In this document: piece after piece, positions 7,834-16,899 of the stretch
Position numbering within the stretch: position 1 is the stretch's first letter
Layout: each line of letters opens with the position of its first letter
Source of the DNA: Pyrodictiaceae archaeon
GTDB taxonomy: Archaea; Thermoproteota; Thermoprotei_A; Sulfolobales; WANQ01
Length of the DNA: 64,000 bases
Direction: 5' to 3'
NCBI GenBank assembly: GCA_015521735.1
Contig: WANQ01000041.1
Location: 17,347-81,346 of the forward strand
Translations under genes and position numbers: made by a program
Notes under the pieces: model-generated
Told to the model about the DNA's origin: nothing
Databases searched by the model: none
What the model saw: the letters and a program-made list of their open reading frames with translations, nothing else

Positions 7834-9270
7834 GTGTTGAAAGTATATAATACTTTAACTAGAAGCCTAGAAGAATTCAAGCCCCTAAAACCAGGAATTG
7901 TAAGAATATATACTTGTGGGCCAACAGTCTACGATTACACACACCTCGGTCATGCTAGAACCTATGTAGCCTTCGACGTTATAAAGAGGTATCTAAGACT
8001 AAAGGGATACGACGTAGTACATGTCCAGAACATAACCGATATAGATGACAAGATAATAAACCGTGCTAGAGAAGAAGGAGTATCATGGAAGGACATAGCA
8101 GACTACTATACAAAAGACTATCTCGAAGCACTTGAGAAACTAAATATACAAGTACATATTCATCCAAGAGTATCAGAACACATACAGGACATAATAGAGT
8201 TTATCCAAGCACTAATAGATAAAGGCTATGCATATGTAGCACCTAGTGGTAGCGTATACTTCGAGGTAGACAAGTACCCCTACTATGGTGAGCTAAGCCG
8301 TAGATTCGAAAAAGAACAGTGGAGACAGGAAACAGATGTACTAGCAGAAAAGAAGAAACCATACGACTTCGCATTATGGAAAGCAGCTAAACCAGGAGAA
8401 CCATGGTGGCCTAGTCCTTGGGGTAAGGGTAGGCCTGGATGGCACATAGAATGCAGTACTATGAGCTCAAAATATCTTGGAGAACAATTCGATATACATG
8501 GTGGAGGCCAAGACCTGATATTCCCACATCACGAGAATGAGAGAGCTCAAAGTGAAGCAAGATTCAGTAAGAGGCCGTGGGTAAAGTATTGGCTACATAC
8601 AGGCTACCTAATGATACGTGGAGAGAAAATGAGTAAGAGTCTAGGAAATATAATAATACTTAGAGACTTATTCAAAGAATATGATCCAAGAATTGTACGT
8701 TTATGGCTAGCAACAATACATTACCGTAAACCAGTTGACTTTACAGAAGAAGCCATGGAGCAAGCAAAGAAGAATCTTGAAAGACTCATAGCAACAGTAG
8801 AGTTATTGAAGAGGAAGATAAAGGAAACCCCAGTAGCACATAGACTGAGCGAAAAAGAATTGAAAACTCTATACGAGTTGGAGGAAGTAAGAAGAGGATT
8901 CTACAATGCAATGGACAACGACTTTAATGCTAGTGAAGCATTTAGTTATGTATACAAGCTAACGACTATAGTATTCAAAGACATTCAGTATAGTGAAGTA
9001 AATGCTCTTGCACTAAGAGCATACCAGATACTATACGAGTTTAACCAAGTACTAGGAGTTCTAGACAAAGAATTTACTGAAGCAACCATAGCTGAGGTAG
9101 AGCTTACCGAAAAACTAGTAGACCTAATAGTAAGAGTTAGAAGCGAACTACGTAAAAGAAAGATGTATGACCTAGCAGATAGCATTAGAAGCGAGTTATC
9201 AAGCCTAGGAATACAGTTAATGGACAAAGGAGAAAAGACTACATGGATAATAAAGAAAACCTTAAGTTAG
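7834..9270 (+). CDS. cysS: Cysteinyl-tRNA synthetase
   Basis: Class I signature [18 protein letters not shown] (HIGH), KMSKSLGN (KMSKS), and WHIECS / [14 protein letters not shown], which is typical of CysRS. Confidence 0.95.
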   Translation: MLKVYNTLTRSLEEFKPLKPGIVRIYTCGPTVYDYTHLGHARTYVAFDVIKRYLRLKGYDVVHVQNITDIDDKIINRAREEGVSWKDIADYYTKDYLEALEKLNIQVHIHPRVSEHIQDIIEFIQALIDKGYAYVAPSGSVYFEVDKYPYYGELSRRFEKEQWRQETDVLAEKKKPYDFALWKAAKPGEPWWPSPWGKGRPGWHIECSTMSSKYLGEQFDIHGGGQDLIFPHHENERAQSEARFSKRPWVKYWLHTGYLMIRGEKMSKSLGNIIILRDLFKEYDPRIVRLWLATIHYRKPVDFTEEAMEQAKKNLERLIATVELLKRKIKETPVAHRLSEKELKTLYELEEVRRGFYNAMDNDFNASEAFSYVYKLTTIVFKDIQYSEVNALALRAYQILYEFNQVLGVLDKEFTEATIAEVELTEKLVDLIVRVRSELRKRKMYDLADSIRSELSSLGIQLMDKGEKTTWIIKKTLS

Positions 9271-9563
9271 GACTCCTTCAACTCTTTTCCTTGCTCACTC
9301 TCACTTTTAAGTAGTGTTAAAGCTCTAGCAATACTCCAAGCAACCATCCATGTTGTAAGCGTAGCCATAAACAGTGTCAGCATTATCATGAACGCTAACT
9401 GGAATACTAGTTGAGCTAATGGGTTAGCTGTTCTAACAATAATTGGTAGTAGAAATGTTGCTATAAGCAATAATGCCTCTGCAACAACAAGCCATGCAGG
9501 GAATACTCTAACCTTTTTCCAGAAATCAATAGTTCTAGTAGACAAAGCTAAGGACACCCCCAC
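9267..9563 (-). CDS. Small membrane protein (98 aa)
   Basis: Three hydrophobic segments ([51 protein letters not shown]). Its 3' end overlaps the cysS stop by 4 nt (convergent). Confidence 0.45.
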   Translation of the reverse strand: MGVSLALSTRTIDFWKKVRVFPAWLVVAEALLLIATFLLPIIVRTANPLAQLVFQLAFMIMLTLFMATLTTWMVAWSIARALTLLKSESEQGKELKES

Positions 9564-9689
9564 AGCATAGCCTATACTCTACGCTAACAAAACGAGTTCA
9601 AGACATGGTAAAAAAGTATATATGCAGGTATAAGAAAGAAACCCTTATCTTAGAGAACTCTCTATGACTTCACTAACCTCTAAAAACCG

Positions 9690-10148
9690 TTACTGCTTCT
9701 TCCTTCTCCTCCTCTTACCCTCTGTTTCCTCCTGTGTTAATAGTCTCTCAGCTTCACGGTATACTTGCTCCTTTATCCCAGCTCTCTCAAGTAGTCTCTC
9801 TATACGGTATAATTGCTCGTGTGCTATCTTGAACTGTTTTGCTACTCTTGATATAGGTATACCCTTAGCTCTAGCGTATAATAGTATTGTTATTGTCCTA
9901 GCTGTAGCTGGATGTCTAAGCTTACTTGCTATTGGTGAATCGAATAATATGTAGTCTATTAGCTCTATCTCCTTCTTGGCAAAGTCTACTAGTTCTTCTG
10001 GAATAGGTATTTCGTGTACTGTCTTCCTCTTCTTCAATACTATCTTAGCATCCTCTATCCAAGCCTTCCTCTTCCTTCTCCTCCTCTTTTGTGCAAGTAG
10101 GCTCTGTTCACTTATCATAGACTTACACCTCACTATACTCATATACAA
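9690..10148 (-). CDS. Putative HTH DNA-binding protein with Lys/Arg-rich tails
   Basis: HTH-like GIPISRVAKQFKIAHEQLYRIERLL, preceded by TITILLYARAK (cyclin/TFB-repeat-like by eye). Basic runs KRRRRKRK and KRRRRKKQ at the two ends. The true start is possibly the internal MISEQ. Confidence 0.4.
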   Translation of the reverse strand: MYMSIVRCKSMISEQSLLAQKRRRRKRKAWIEDAKIVLKKRKTVHEIPIPEELVDFAKKEIELIDYILFDSPIASKLRHPATARTITILLYARAKGIPISRVAKQFKIAHEQLYRIERLLERAGIKEQVYREAERLLTQEETEGKRRRRKKQ

Positions 10149-10233
10149 ACTAGTGGATAAAGCTTTCTCTCTTAGAATTCATCACGGTTTAAATAAACGT
10201 GTAGTTAAACTAGAATGGACTAATAAGCTACAC

Positions 10234-11151
10234 TTACTTATTTGAAACAGCTTCTAATATAGGCTCCAATATCCTTAATGCTTTAAACGCATCATCTATT
10301 GTAGGTGAACTACTCTTACCATATACTAGGAGTTTCACCCACTCCCTAATCTCTTTCTTAAGAGGTTCTTCTCCACTAAGCTCTACTACCTCTTCTCCAC
10401 TACTAGTCTTAACAAGTACTTGATTCTTATCAGTATTCCCACGCATAAACAAGTTATCAGCTATAACATCAACCTCTCTTATCTTAACAGGACATATACC
10501 GTCAACATGTATCATTACTGGTACACCATCATACTCTAATACTATTTTAACTAGTTCATCACCGCTAACCCTCCTATAATACCATTTAACTAGTTTTCCA
10601 CTAGAATCCTTGAATAAGTAATTAGCTATATCCACGTCATGTATTGCTAAATCCAATAAAATACTATTCCTACGAGCATGTAGTGGTCGTCTACTAAGTC
10701 TCCTAAGCTCTACTACATTAACGTCTAAGCTTCTAGACTTCTCAGCAATGTATTCTATTACAGGGTTAAACCTCATAATAAAGCCTGGTACAACAATAAC
10801 ACTATTTTCTTCAGCAGTCTTCTTAAGCTCAAGTAGCTCTCTAGTACTCGTTGCTACAGGTTTCTCAACGAATAAGTCTAAACCCATTCTTGCAAGCTTC
10901 ATAGCGGTTCTAGCAAGATAGGGTATTGGTACAGCAACAACAACAGCATCAACACTATTCTTCAATGAGTCCATGCTAGAGGAATACATTTCAACATTAT
11001 ATTTTGAGGCAACAAGCCTAGCTTTCTCTAAGTCTAAGTCAACAACTACGCTAAACTCTACGAGTCCCTCACGCTCAAGCTCCCATAAAACCCTAGCTAT
11101 ATTGCTACCCCACCTACCAACTCCTACAATACCAATTCTCGGTTTATCCAA
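10234..11151 (-). CDS. Gfo/Idh/MocA-family NAD(P)-dependent oxidoreductase
   Basis: N-terminal Rossmann motif RIGIVGVGRWGSNIARVL, EKPVATS motif, 305 aa. Confidence 0.8.
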   Translation of the reverse strand: MDKPRIGIVGVGRWGSNIARVLWELEREGLVEFSVVVDLDLEKARLVASKYNVEMYSSSMDSLKNSVDAVVVAVPIPYLARTAMKLARMGLDLFVEKPVATSTRELLELKKTAEENSVIVVPGFIMRFNPVIEYIAEKSRSLDVNVVELRRLSRRPLHARRNSILLDLAIHDVDIANYLFKDSSGKLVKWYYRRVSGDELVKIVLEYDGVPVMIHVDGICPVKIREVDVIADNLFMRGNTDKNQVLVKTSSGEEVVELSGEEPLKKEIREWVKLLVYGKSSSPTIDDAFKALRILEPILEAVSNK

Positions 11152-11327
11152 GGCCTATCTAACTCCCAGTTACCTATGCATAGTATAACTATAATTACTT
11201 ATCTGGTTTTAGAAGCCATGGTAAGCCTTCATAGAGAACTCATCCTCTACAAAGCCTATGGTCTAGTGGTAAAGTATTAGAGTGAATACCCTAGCAATAT
11301 ATAATAGGTTGTTTAGGGGCTCAATGT

Positions 11328-12851
11328 ATGTCTAGGGTAATAGTACTTGAGAATGCCAGGGTTATGGGATCCTACGAGAATACTTGTATAGTAGTTGAGG
11401 ACAAGTACATAGTTGATGTTGGTGGACCAAGTATCTGCGAGAAATATGATAGTGTTGATAGAATAGATGTTGGTGGTAGAGTAGTTATCCCAGGACTAAT
11501 TGATGCACACCTACATTTAGGGTCACTAGCTTTAATGCATGATTGGGTTGATTTAAGAGGTGTTAAGAGTATAGAGGAGTTAAAGAATGCTATTTCATCA
11601 AAGGCTAAGACTACTAGTGGCTGGGTTCTAGGACGTGGCTGGGACCACGAACTATTTGTTGAGAAACGTTTACCTACGCGATGGGATCTAGATGAAGCTG
11701 TTAGCGATAAGCCAGTTGTTATTGTAAGGATTTGTGGCCACGTAGCAGTAGCTAATACTATGGCTTTGAAACTAGCTGGAATATTAGACAAGATACCTAG
11801 AGGCTACGAACACCTAGTAGGACGTGAAGGCAATAGAATTAATGGAGTATTATTTGAAGACGCAGTAAAACTAGTACTTGACAAGGCACCTAAGCCTAGT
11901 CTAGGAGAACTAGCAGATAAAATACACACGGTTCTACGTAGACTAGCATCCTATGGTATAACAACAGTTCACTCAATGGATGCAACAATGAATGAGTATA
12001 GGGCTTTAGAAATCCTTAGAAAAGAAGGAAGACTACCAATACGTGTAAGAGTATTCCTATCCCTTAGAGACTACAAGGAAAAACCTAATACGTTAACGCT
12101 AGGTGATGAATGGCTAAGCATACGTGGAGTAAAAGTATTTGCTGATGGAAGCTTTGGTGGAAGAACAGCAGCACTATTAGAGCCCTACAGCGATGACCCA
12201 GGTAACTACGGTAAACTATTGTTAAGCAAGGATAGTATAGGTGAACTAGCAAGAAGCTTAGCAGGTAAGGGGCTTAGCCTAGCAGTACACGCTATAGGTG
12301 ATAGAGCAGTGCTAGAAGTATCAAAGGCTATTAAAGAGTATGGGCTAGGGAATGTTAGAATAGAGCATGCATCACTAACACCACCAGAAGTACTAGACGA
12401 GCTAGTAAGCCATAAGCCATACTCAATAGTAGTTCAACCACACTTCACGGTAAGTGATTGGTGGTTAAAGTCAAGGCTAGGTGAGAGAGCAAAATACGCC
12501 TACATGTACAAGACAATGATCTCACGTGGACTAGTAGTAGCTGCTGGAAGTGATGCACCCGTAGAACCAGTTAACCCATGGCTAAGTTTAAGTGCTGCTA
12601 TAACACGTGGTAGGCTAAGAGACATTAACCCCTATGAAAAATTATCTATTAGTGAAGCACTAGCAATGTATACACGTAATGCATCAATAGCAGGACTAGA
12701 CAAGTATTTAGGAAATATAAGGAAAGGTTTTTATGCAGACCTAGTAGTAGTCGATGAAAACCCCTGGGGATTATATGATGAAGATGTAGCTGGAATAAAA
12801 CCTGTACTAGTAATAGTTGGAGGTAGAATAGTATATGACATCCTACACTAA
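11328..12851 (+). CDS. Amidohydrolase-3 (YtcJ-like) metal-dependent hydrolase
   Basis: VIPGLIDAHLHL (HxH), HAIGDRAV, IEHASL, GSDAPVEP. 507 aa, typical of the family. Confidence 0.85.
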   Translation: MSRVIVLENARVMGSYENTCIVVEDKYIVDVGGPSICEKYDSVDRIDVGGRVVIPGLIDAHLHLGSLALMHDWVDLRGVKSIEELKNAISSKAKTTSGWVLGRGWDHELFVEKRLPTRWDLDEAVSDKPVVIVRICGHVAVANTMALKLAGILDKIPRGYEHLVGREGNRINGVLFEDAVKLVLDKAPKPSLGELADKIHTVLRRLASYGITTVHSMDATMNEYRALEILRKEGRLPIRVRVFLSLRDYKEKPNTLTLGDEWLSIRGVKVFADGSFGGRTAALLEPYSDDPGNYGKLLLSKDSIGELARSLAGKGLSLAVHAIGDRAVLEVSKAIKEYGLGNVRIEHASLTPPEVLDELVSHKPYSIVVQPHFTVSDWWLKSRLGERAKYAYMYKTMISRGLVVAAGSDAPVEPVNPWLSLSAAITRGRLRDINPYEKLSISEALAMYTRNASIAGLDKYLGNIRKGFYADLVVVDENPWGLYDEDVAGIKPVLVIVGGRIVYDILH

Positions 12852-13962
12852 TCTTACAGTAACAATAGCATTAATGGTAATAGTACTAGCTGGTGTAGTA
12901 GCTCAGTCGCAGTCATGTTCAATAATAGACGCTGTTAAAGTACTTGTAAACAATCTTGCTGGTTCAAGTGTAGGTGGAGGTAATAGAGTTGATCAAGGAG
13001 ACATAGTCTACTCAATAGATGACACGCTAGTAATCCTGTGGAAGAGATACTATGGTGGTGGTAGGGTAAACGTAACACGTAATGGAGTAATAGTAGAGTC
13101 TTGGTTTGATAAGGGAAATAATGGGTATGCTGGAGTAACTTTAAAGTATGATAAGCTTCTAAGAGGAGTAGAAGTTAACTTAAGCCTTGAAATAATAGAG
13201 GCTAATGGAAGCATAATACTATTACTCCACAATGGATGGAATACTGGTAAGGGAGGAGACTACCCCATAGACCCAGCACTAGTAGTAGTGATTAAACCTA
13301 CCACTAAGAAAATCATAGTTAATGGCGTAATGTATAGTTATGAAGGCTTAGGAAAAGACTACAATATAGCATTGAAAACAAGTAATGGTAAGGCTACATT
13401 AAAGCTTAACGACGTAGTTATTTCCACGAAGACTACTGGAAACTATAGCTACATTACAGTAGGAGCACTTTCAGTAATGCCTGGAGAACACGTTAAGTTT
13501 AAGCTAACTAAGCTAAGAATATGTGCTATAGAAACCAATGTTAATGCAAAACCATATGTAGAATTCAATCCACCAAGCATGGTGGTAAATAACTCTGCTA
13601 CTATAACCATAATATTACCTGGAGGTGTAACAAAAACATCAGTTGTACCTATAACAACTAAGCCTATAACAAAACCCCAGGCCACAGCAAAAGAGTATAC
13701 AAGCACTGTTGAAGCATTAACAAATGGTACAGTAAGTAAAACTAGTAGAGAAAAAGCTATTGAGCAAGAACAAACTTCTACTCCTACAAAATCATTGGAG
13801 CCTACAGTTAAGGCTATTACTGAGCCTAATACTAGTACTGAGTCCACGTTTACTAAAGGTGTAGCTGAGTCAACAGTACATACAATGGTTTTCTACATAG
13901 CGGTGATCATAGCATTACTGGTAATTGTATCAGCAATAGTATTTGTTTATAGGAAGAGGTGA
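12835..13962 (+). CDS. Surface-anchored protein: signal/TM, jelly-roll-like domain, Thr/Ser/Pro-rich stalk, C-terminal TM anchor
   Basis: N-terminal hydrophobic TVTIALMVIVLAGVVAQS, T/S/P-rich region (ITTKPITKPQATAKEYTSTV...EQTSTPTK), C-terminal FYIAVIIALLVIVSAIVFVYRKR, several N-x-S/T sequons. Confidence 0.6.
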   Translation: MTSYTNLTVTIALMVIVLAGVVAQSQSCSIIDAVKVLVNNLAGSSVGGGNRVDQGDIVYSIDDTLVILWKRYYGGGRVNVTRNGVIVESWFDKGNNGYAGVTLKYDKLLRGVEVNLSLEIIEANGSIILLLHNGWNTGKGGDYPIDPALVVVIKPTTKKIIVNGVMYSYEGLGKDYNIALKTSNGKATLKLNDVVISTKTTGNYSYITVGALSVMPGEHVKFKLTKLRICAIETNVNAKPYVEFNPPSMVVNNSATITIILPGGVTKTSVVPITTKPITKPQATAKEYTSTVEALTNGTVSKTSREKAIEQEQTSTPTKSLEPTVKAITEPNTSTESTFTKGVAESTVHTMVFYIAVIIALLVIVSAIVFVYRKR

Positions 13963-13968
13963 GAATAA

Positions 13969-15117
13969 CTACCCCTGTATTTTATCACAGAGGCTACCGT
14001 AGACACATTTACCCTTAAAGAATACTGCTAAAACATGTTCACCTCCACCTCTCTTAACTATGCCAGCTATCTTGTTATGAGCATATACTATATTTGATGA
14101 ATACCCATCAATTAGTATGAATGAGGCCTCACCACCATCAACTAGGTATTTTGCTTCGACTTTAAAGATTCTTAAAGGATTGATAGTGGCCATAGCAAGT
14201 ATTTTTCTAGGATCAATATCACGTAATCCTTTCAGCCTAATAAGATTCCACGTATACTCGAGTTCACGCCATAGATCTGGTTTAACCCATCCAGCATTAT
14301 CTGTACCTAAGGCTGCTAACACGTCTAGCTTAACTACTAGGTCTACCCTAGGAACACCTACACCAAACCACGAGTTAGCCCGTGGACACAGGATTAAGCC
14401 TATGCCACGTTCAGCTAATTGCTCTAGCTCACGTAGCCCTAAATGTGTTCCATGTACAATGTAGTCAGCTTTAAGCTCCTCTAATGCAAGCATGAACTCT
14501 TTCAATGCGTTATCTGGAACCTCAGCTACATGAGCACCCTTAACCTTATCAGAGAATAGAGACGCCATTAACCTTAGCTCATTAACTTTGTAGCGAATAG
14601 GAGTGGAAAGCCCTAAACCATAAGCTTTCTCCTTAAGAGTAAGAAGCTCCTCCCTAGAAATACTAGTAGGCCTAGCTAACGGGAAATAGTTTAAGGGCTT
14701 ATTCTTTGAGGCCTCTAAGCCTATGAGTAAGCCGTCAACTCCTCCCTCACGGAAATCAGCTACCCCTAACACACCTATTGATACTAAGTAGTCGAAGAGC
14801 CTCCTAATAGACTCTACAAGTCTATCTCTAGGAGTACTCTTAAGCATCCTATGCTTAAGTCCATGGGGCTCAGCTACTAGTTCAGGTAAGCTTAACTCAA
14901 TACCTATTTCAGGAAAGGCATAGTCACCTACATGGATGTGAGCATTAAATAATGGTGGTAAAGCAATAACATTCTCCAGCTTGACTCCACTCGTACTCCA
15001 ACCACTAGAAATAATAGTGAAGCCACCAGGATCTACAGTAATAGTAGACTTCTCATGTAGGTTTAAGTCTACTCCATCAACCATAAAGCCTACATTAAGA
15101 ACAAGCTCTCTACTCAC
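13969..15117 (-). CDS. Amidohydrolase superfamily protein (chlorohydrolase/deaminase-like)
   Basis: LFNAHIHVGD (HxH metal motif), IVHGTHL, ALGTDNAGW. 382 aa. Confidence 0.7.
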   Translation of the reverse strand: MSRELVLNVGFMVDGVDLNLHEKSTITVDPGGFTIISSGWSTSGVKLENVIALPPLFNAHIHVGDYAFPEIGIELSLPELVAEPHGLKHRMLKSTPRDRLVESIRRLFDYLVSIGVLGVADFREGGVDGLLIGLEASKNKPLNYFPLARPTSISREELLTLKEKAYGLGLSTPIRYKVNELRLMASLFSDKVKGAHVAEVPDNALKEFMLALEELKADYIVHGTHLGLRELEQLAERGIGLILCPRANSWFGVGVPRVDLVVKLDVLAALGTDNAGWVKPDLWRELEYTWNLIRLKGLRDIDPRKILAMATINPLRIFKVEAKYLVDGGEASFILIDGYSSNIVYAHNKIAGIVKRGGGEHVLAVFFKGKCVYGSLCDKIQG

Positions 15118-15192
15118 ACCTATCTAGCCTCTACCCAGAAAGTGTTATGCTAAAACCTAATAACCTTAGGCTAAGAAATATTCCATCAAAGA

Positions 15193-15885
15193 TTATTTAG
15201 CATTACCATAGTCTCTCCATGTAGCATTACGGTAGTTTTCGCCTAGGTACTTTCTTAGGATTCGCATAGCAGTACTAGGATGTATACCGAATTCCCTTGC
15301 AATCTTATTAACACTTCTATCCTCTATAGGAGTGTTCAACCACTTCTCAACTAGTATTCTATCACGCTCCTCCCTAGACGTAGGTTGCACGTTCTTCTTC
15401 TTAATGGAGTCTACTAATGCTCTAATCTCTTTCAACGTATTCTCTAGTTCACTTATCTTCTTCTCAACTTCATCCATTCTACGTGTACGAGCTGATATAC
15501 CAGTATAGGCTATTTCTAGTTTATCAACTCTTGAGTCTACAGAGCTTATAAGCCTCTTTAACTCTTCTTCAATTCTATTCAACTCTTTCTTAACATGCTC
15601 TAAAATCTCTTCAACTTTCTTGTCGTTTAAGTGAACTTTGTCTTCTAGGTAGCGTGTCTTAGATGAAACATCCTCGATATTCTCCATTAGTATTGTTAGT
15701 CTCTCATTTACTCCATGGCGAAACCTGCTTACAGTAGTCTTAACCTCAACTATGCTATTTGTTAACTTAGCAACCTGTTTTCTGAGTTCTTTAACTTGTT
15801 TCCTAGTATTATGGTAGTTGTAGTACATGTAAGCAGTTGTACCCAGGGCTCCAAGTGCTAGAACTGTAGCTATAACCTCACTCAA
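15193..15885 (-). CDS. N-terminal TM anchor + long coiled coil + C-terminal HTH protein
   Basis: VIATVLALGALGTTAYMYY (TM), about 140 aa of heptad-like E/K/L-rich sequence, then a C-terminal HTH VNKIAREFGIHPSTAMRILRKYL. Confidence 0.55.
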   Translation of the reverse strand: MSEVIATVLALGALGTTAYMYYNYHNTRKQVKELRKQVAKLTNSIVEVKTTVSRFRHGVNERLTILMENIEDVSSKTRYLEDKVHLNDKKVEEILEHVKKELNRIEEELKRLISSVDSRVDKLEIAYTGISARTRRMDEVEKKISELENTLKEIRALVDSIKKKNVQPTSREERDRILVEKWLNTPIEDRSVNKIAREFGIHPSTAMRILRKYLGENYRNATWRDYGNAK

Positions 15886-15940
15886 CTACAGCACCAATAG
15901 GTTATCCTAGCGTACTTGGGGTATATTAAAAACCTATGAC

Positions 15941-16693
15941 TCATGGGATTCTAGCATTTCTTAGAATATACTCTAGTAGACCATAGTATCTGTCTTCTAT
16001 TCTGAGAGACTTGTATTTCCTTAATACTACTTCAACATCATATTTAACTCTATGTAGCTCTATAGAGTTTTTGTCAAGGTCTATGATGGCATATGATGCT
16101 CTAGGATCACTATCTCTGGGTTGACCAACACTTCCAGGGTTAAGTATTCTTAGACTATTTATGTTAGTAGACCATTGTATATGGGTATGACCTACTATAA
16201 CGTAATCTGCTTTAACTATTCTAGGCTTAATGTATAGAGGTGAAGGTGTTAAATGGAATAGTATTTCATTAAAGCTTAAGCTAGGTTTAAGGTAGCCGTA
16301 TAAAGGGTTTCTTGGAGACCCGTGAACTATGTAGAATCTTTTATCTTCAAGCTTAACTGTTACCTTAAGTGGTAGTGTTTTAAGCCATTCTATTTGCTCT
16401 CTAGACAGTAGTTTAAATGAGATATTGTTTCTAGTATAAACACTTAGATCATGTAGCTCTTTAGCGCATAGACAGTCAGTGTTAAATGCTACTGCGTGGT
16501 CGTGGTTTCCACGGACAACTACGTCTGGCTTAAGATCACGTACTAGGTCTACGACTACATGTGGTTCTGGGCCATAGTCTACTAGATCGCCTAAAACCCA
16601 TAAATAATCCCACTTCTCTACATGGTCTAGTATACTTTTAAGTGCAACTGCATTGCCGTGGATATCCGATATTACGAGTATTCTCAAACCCAA
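15941..16693 (-). CDS. Metallophosphoesterase (YfcE/MJ0936-type calcineurin-like phosphoesterase)
   Basis: ISDIHGN, VLGDLVDYGP, RGNHD, VGHTH, PGSVGQPRD motifs in canonical order. Confidence 0.85.
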   Translation of the reverse strand: MGLRILVISDIHGNAVALKSILDHVEKWDYLWVLGDLVDYGPEPHVVVDLVRDLKPDVVVRGNHDHAVAFNTDCLCAKELHDLSVYTRNNISFKLLSREQIEWLKTLPLKVTVKLEDKRFYIVHGSPRNPLYGYLKPSLSFNEILFHLTPSPLYIKPRIVKADYVIVGHTHIQWSTNINSLRILNPGSVGQPRDSDPRASYAIIDLDKNSIELHRVKYDVEVVLRKYKSLRIEDRYYGLLEYILRNARIP

Positions 16694-16899
16694 TTACACC
16701 CTATAGACTACTATGCACTATAGAGTAGAAATACAGTCGACCAGTTTTCACAATAACTATGCCAGGGCTAATAAACTAATATTGTAATGTAAGTGGAGGC
16801 TATGTGTAAGGAAGAGAGTAAAAGTATAAACCCTAAGCGTAGATACTTAGGATAACACATTAATGCTAGCTTCCTCAGCTCTTTAAAGGATGGTGTGGT

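Noticed and set aside
9664-10245. Plus-strand ORFs 9664-9954 and 9976-10245
   Set aside because: Low-complexity Leu/Ser/Cys-rich products. The minus-strand ORF 9690-10148 has a plausible HTH and balanced composition, so it was preferred. Confidence in either reading is modest.
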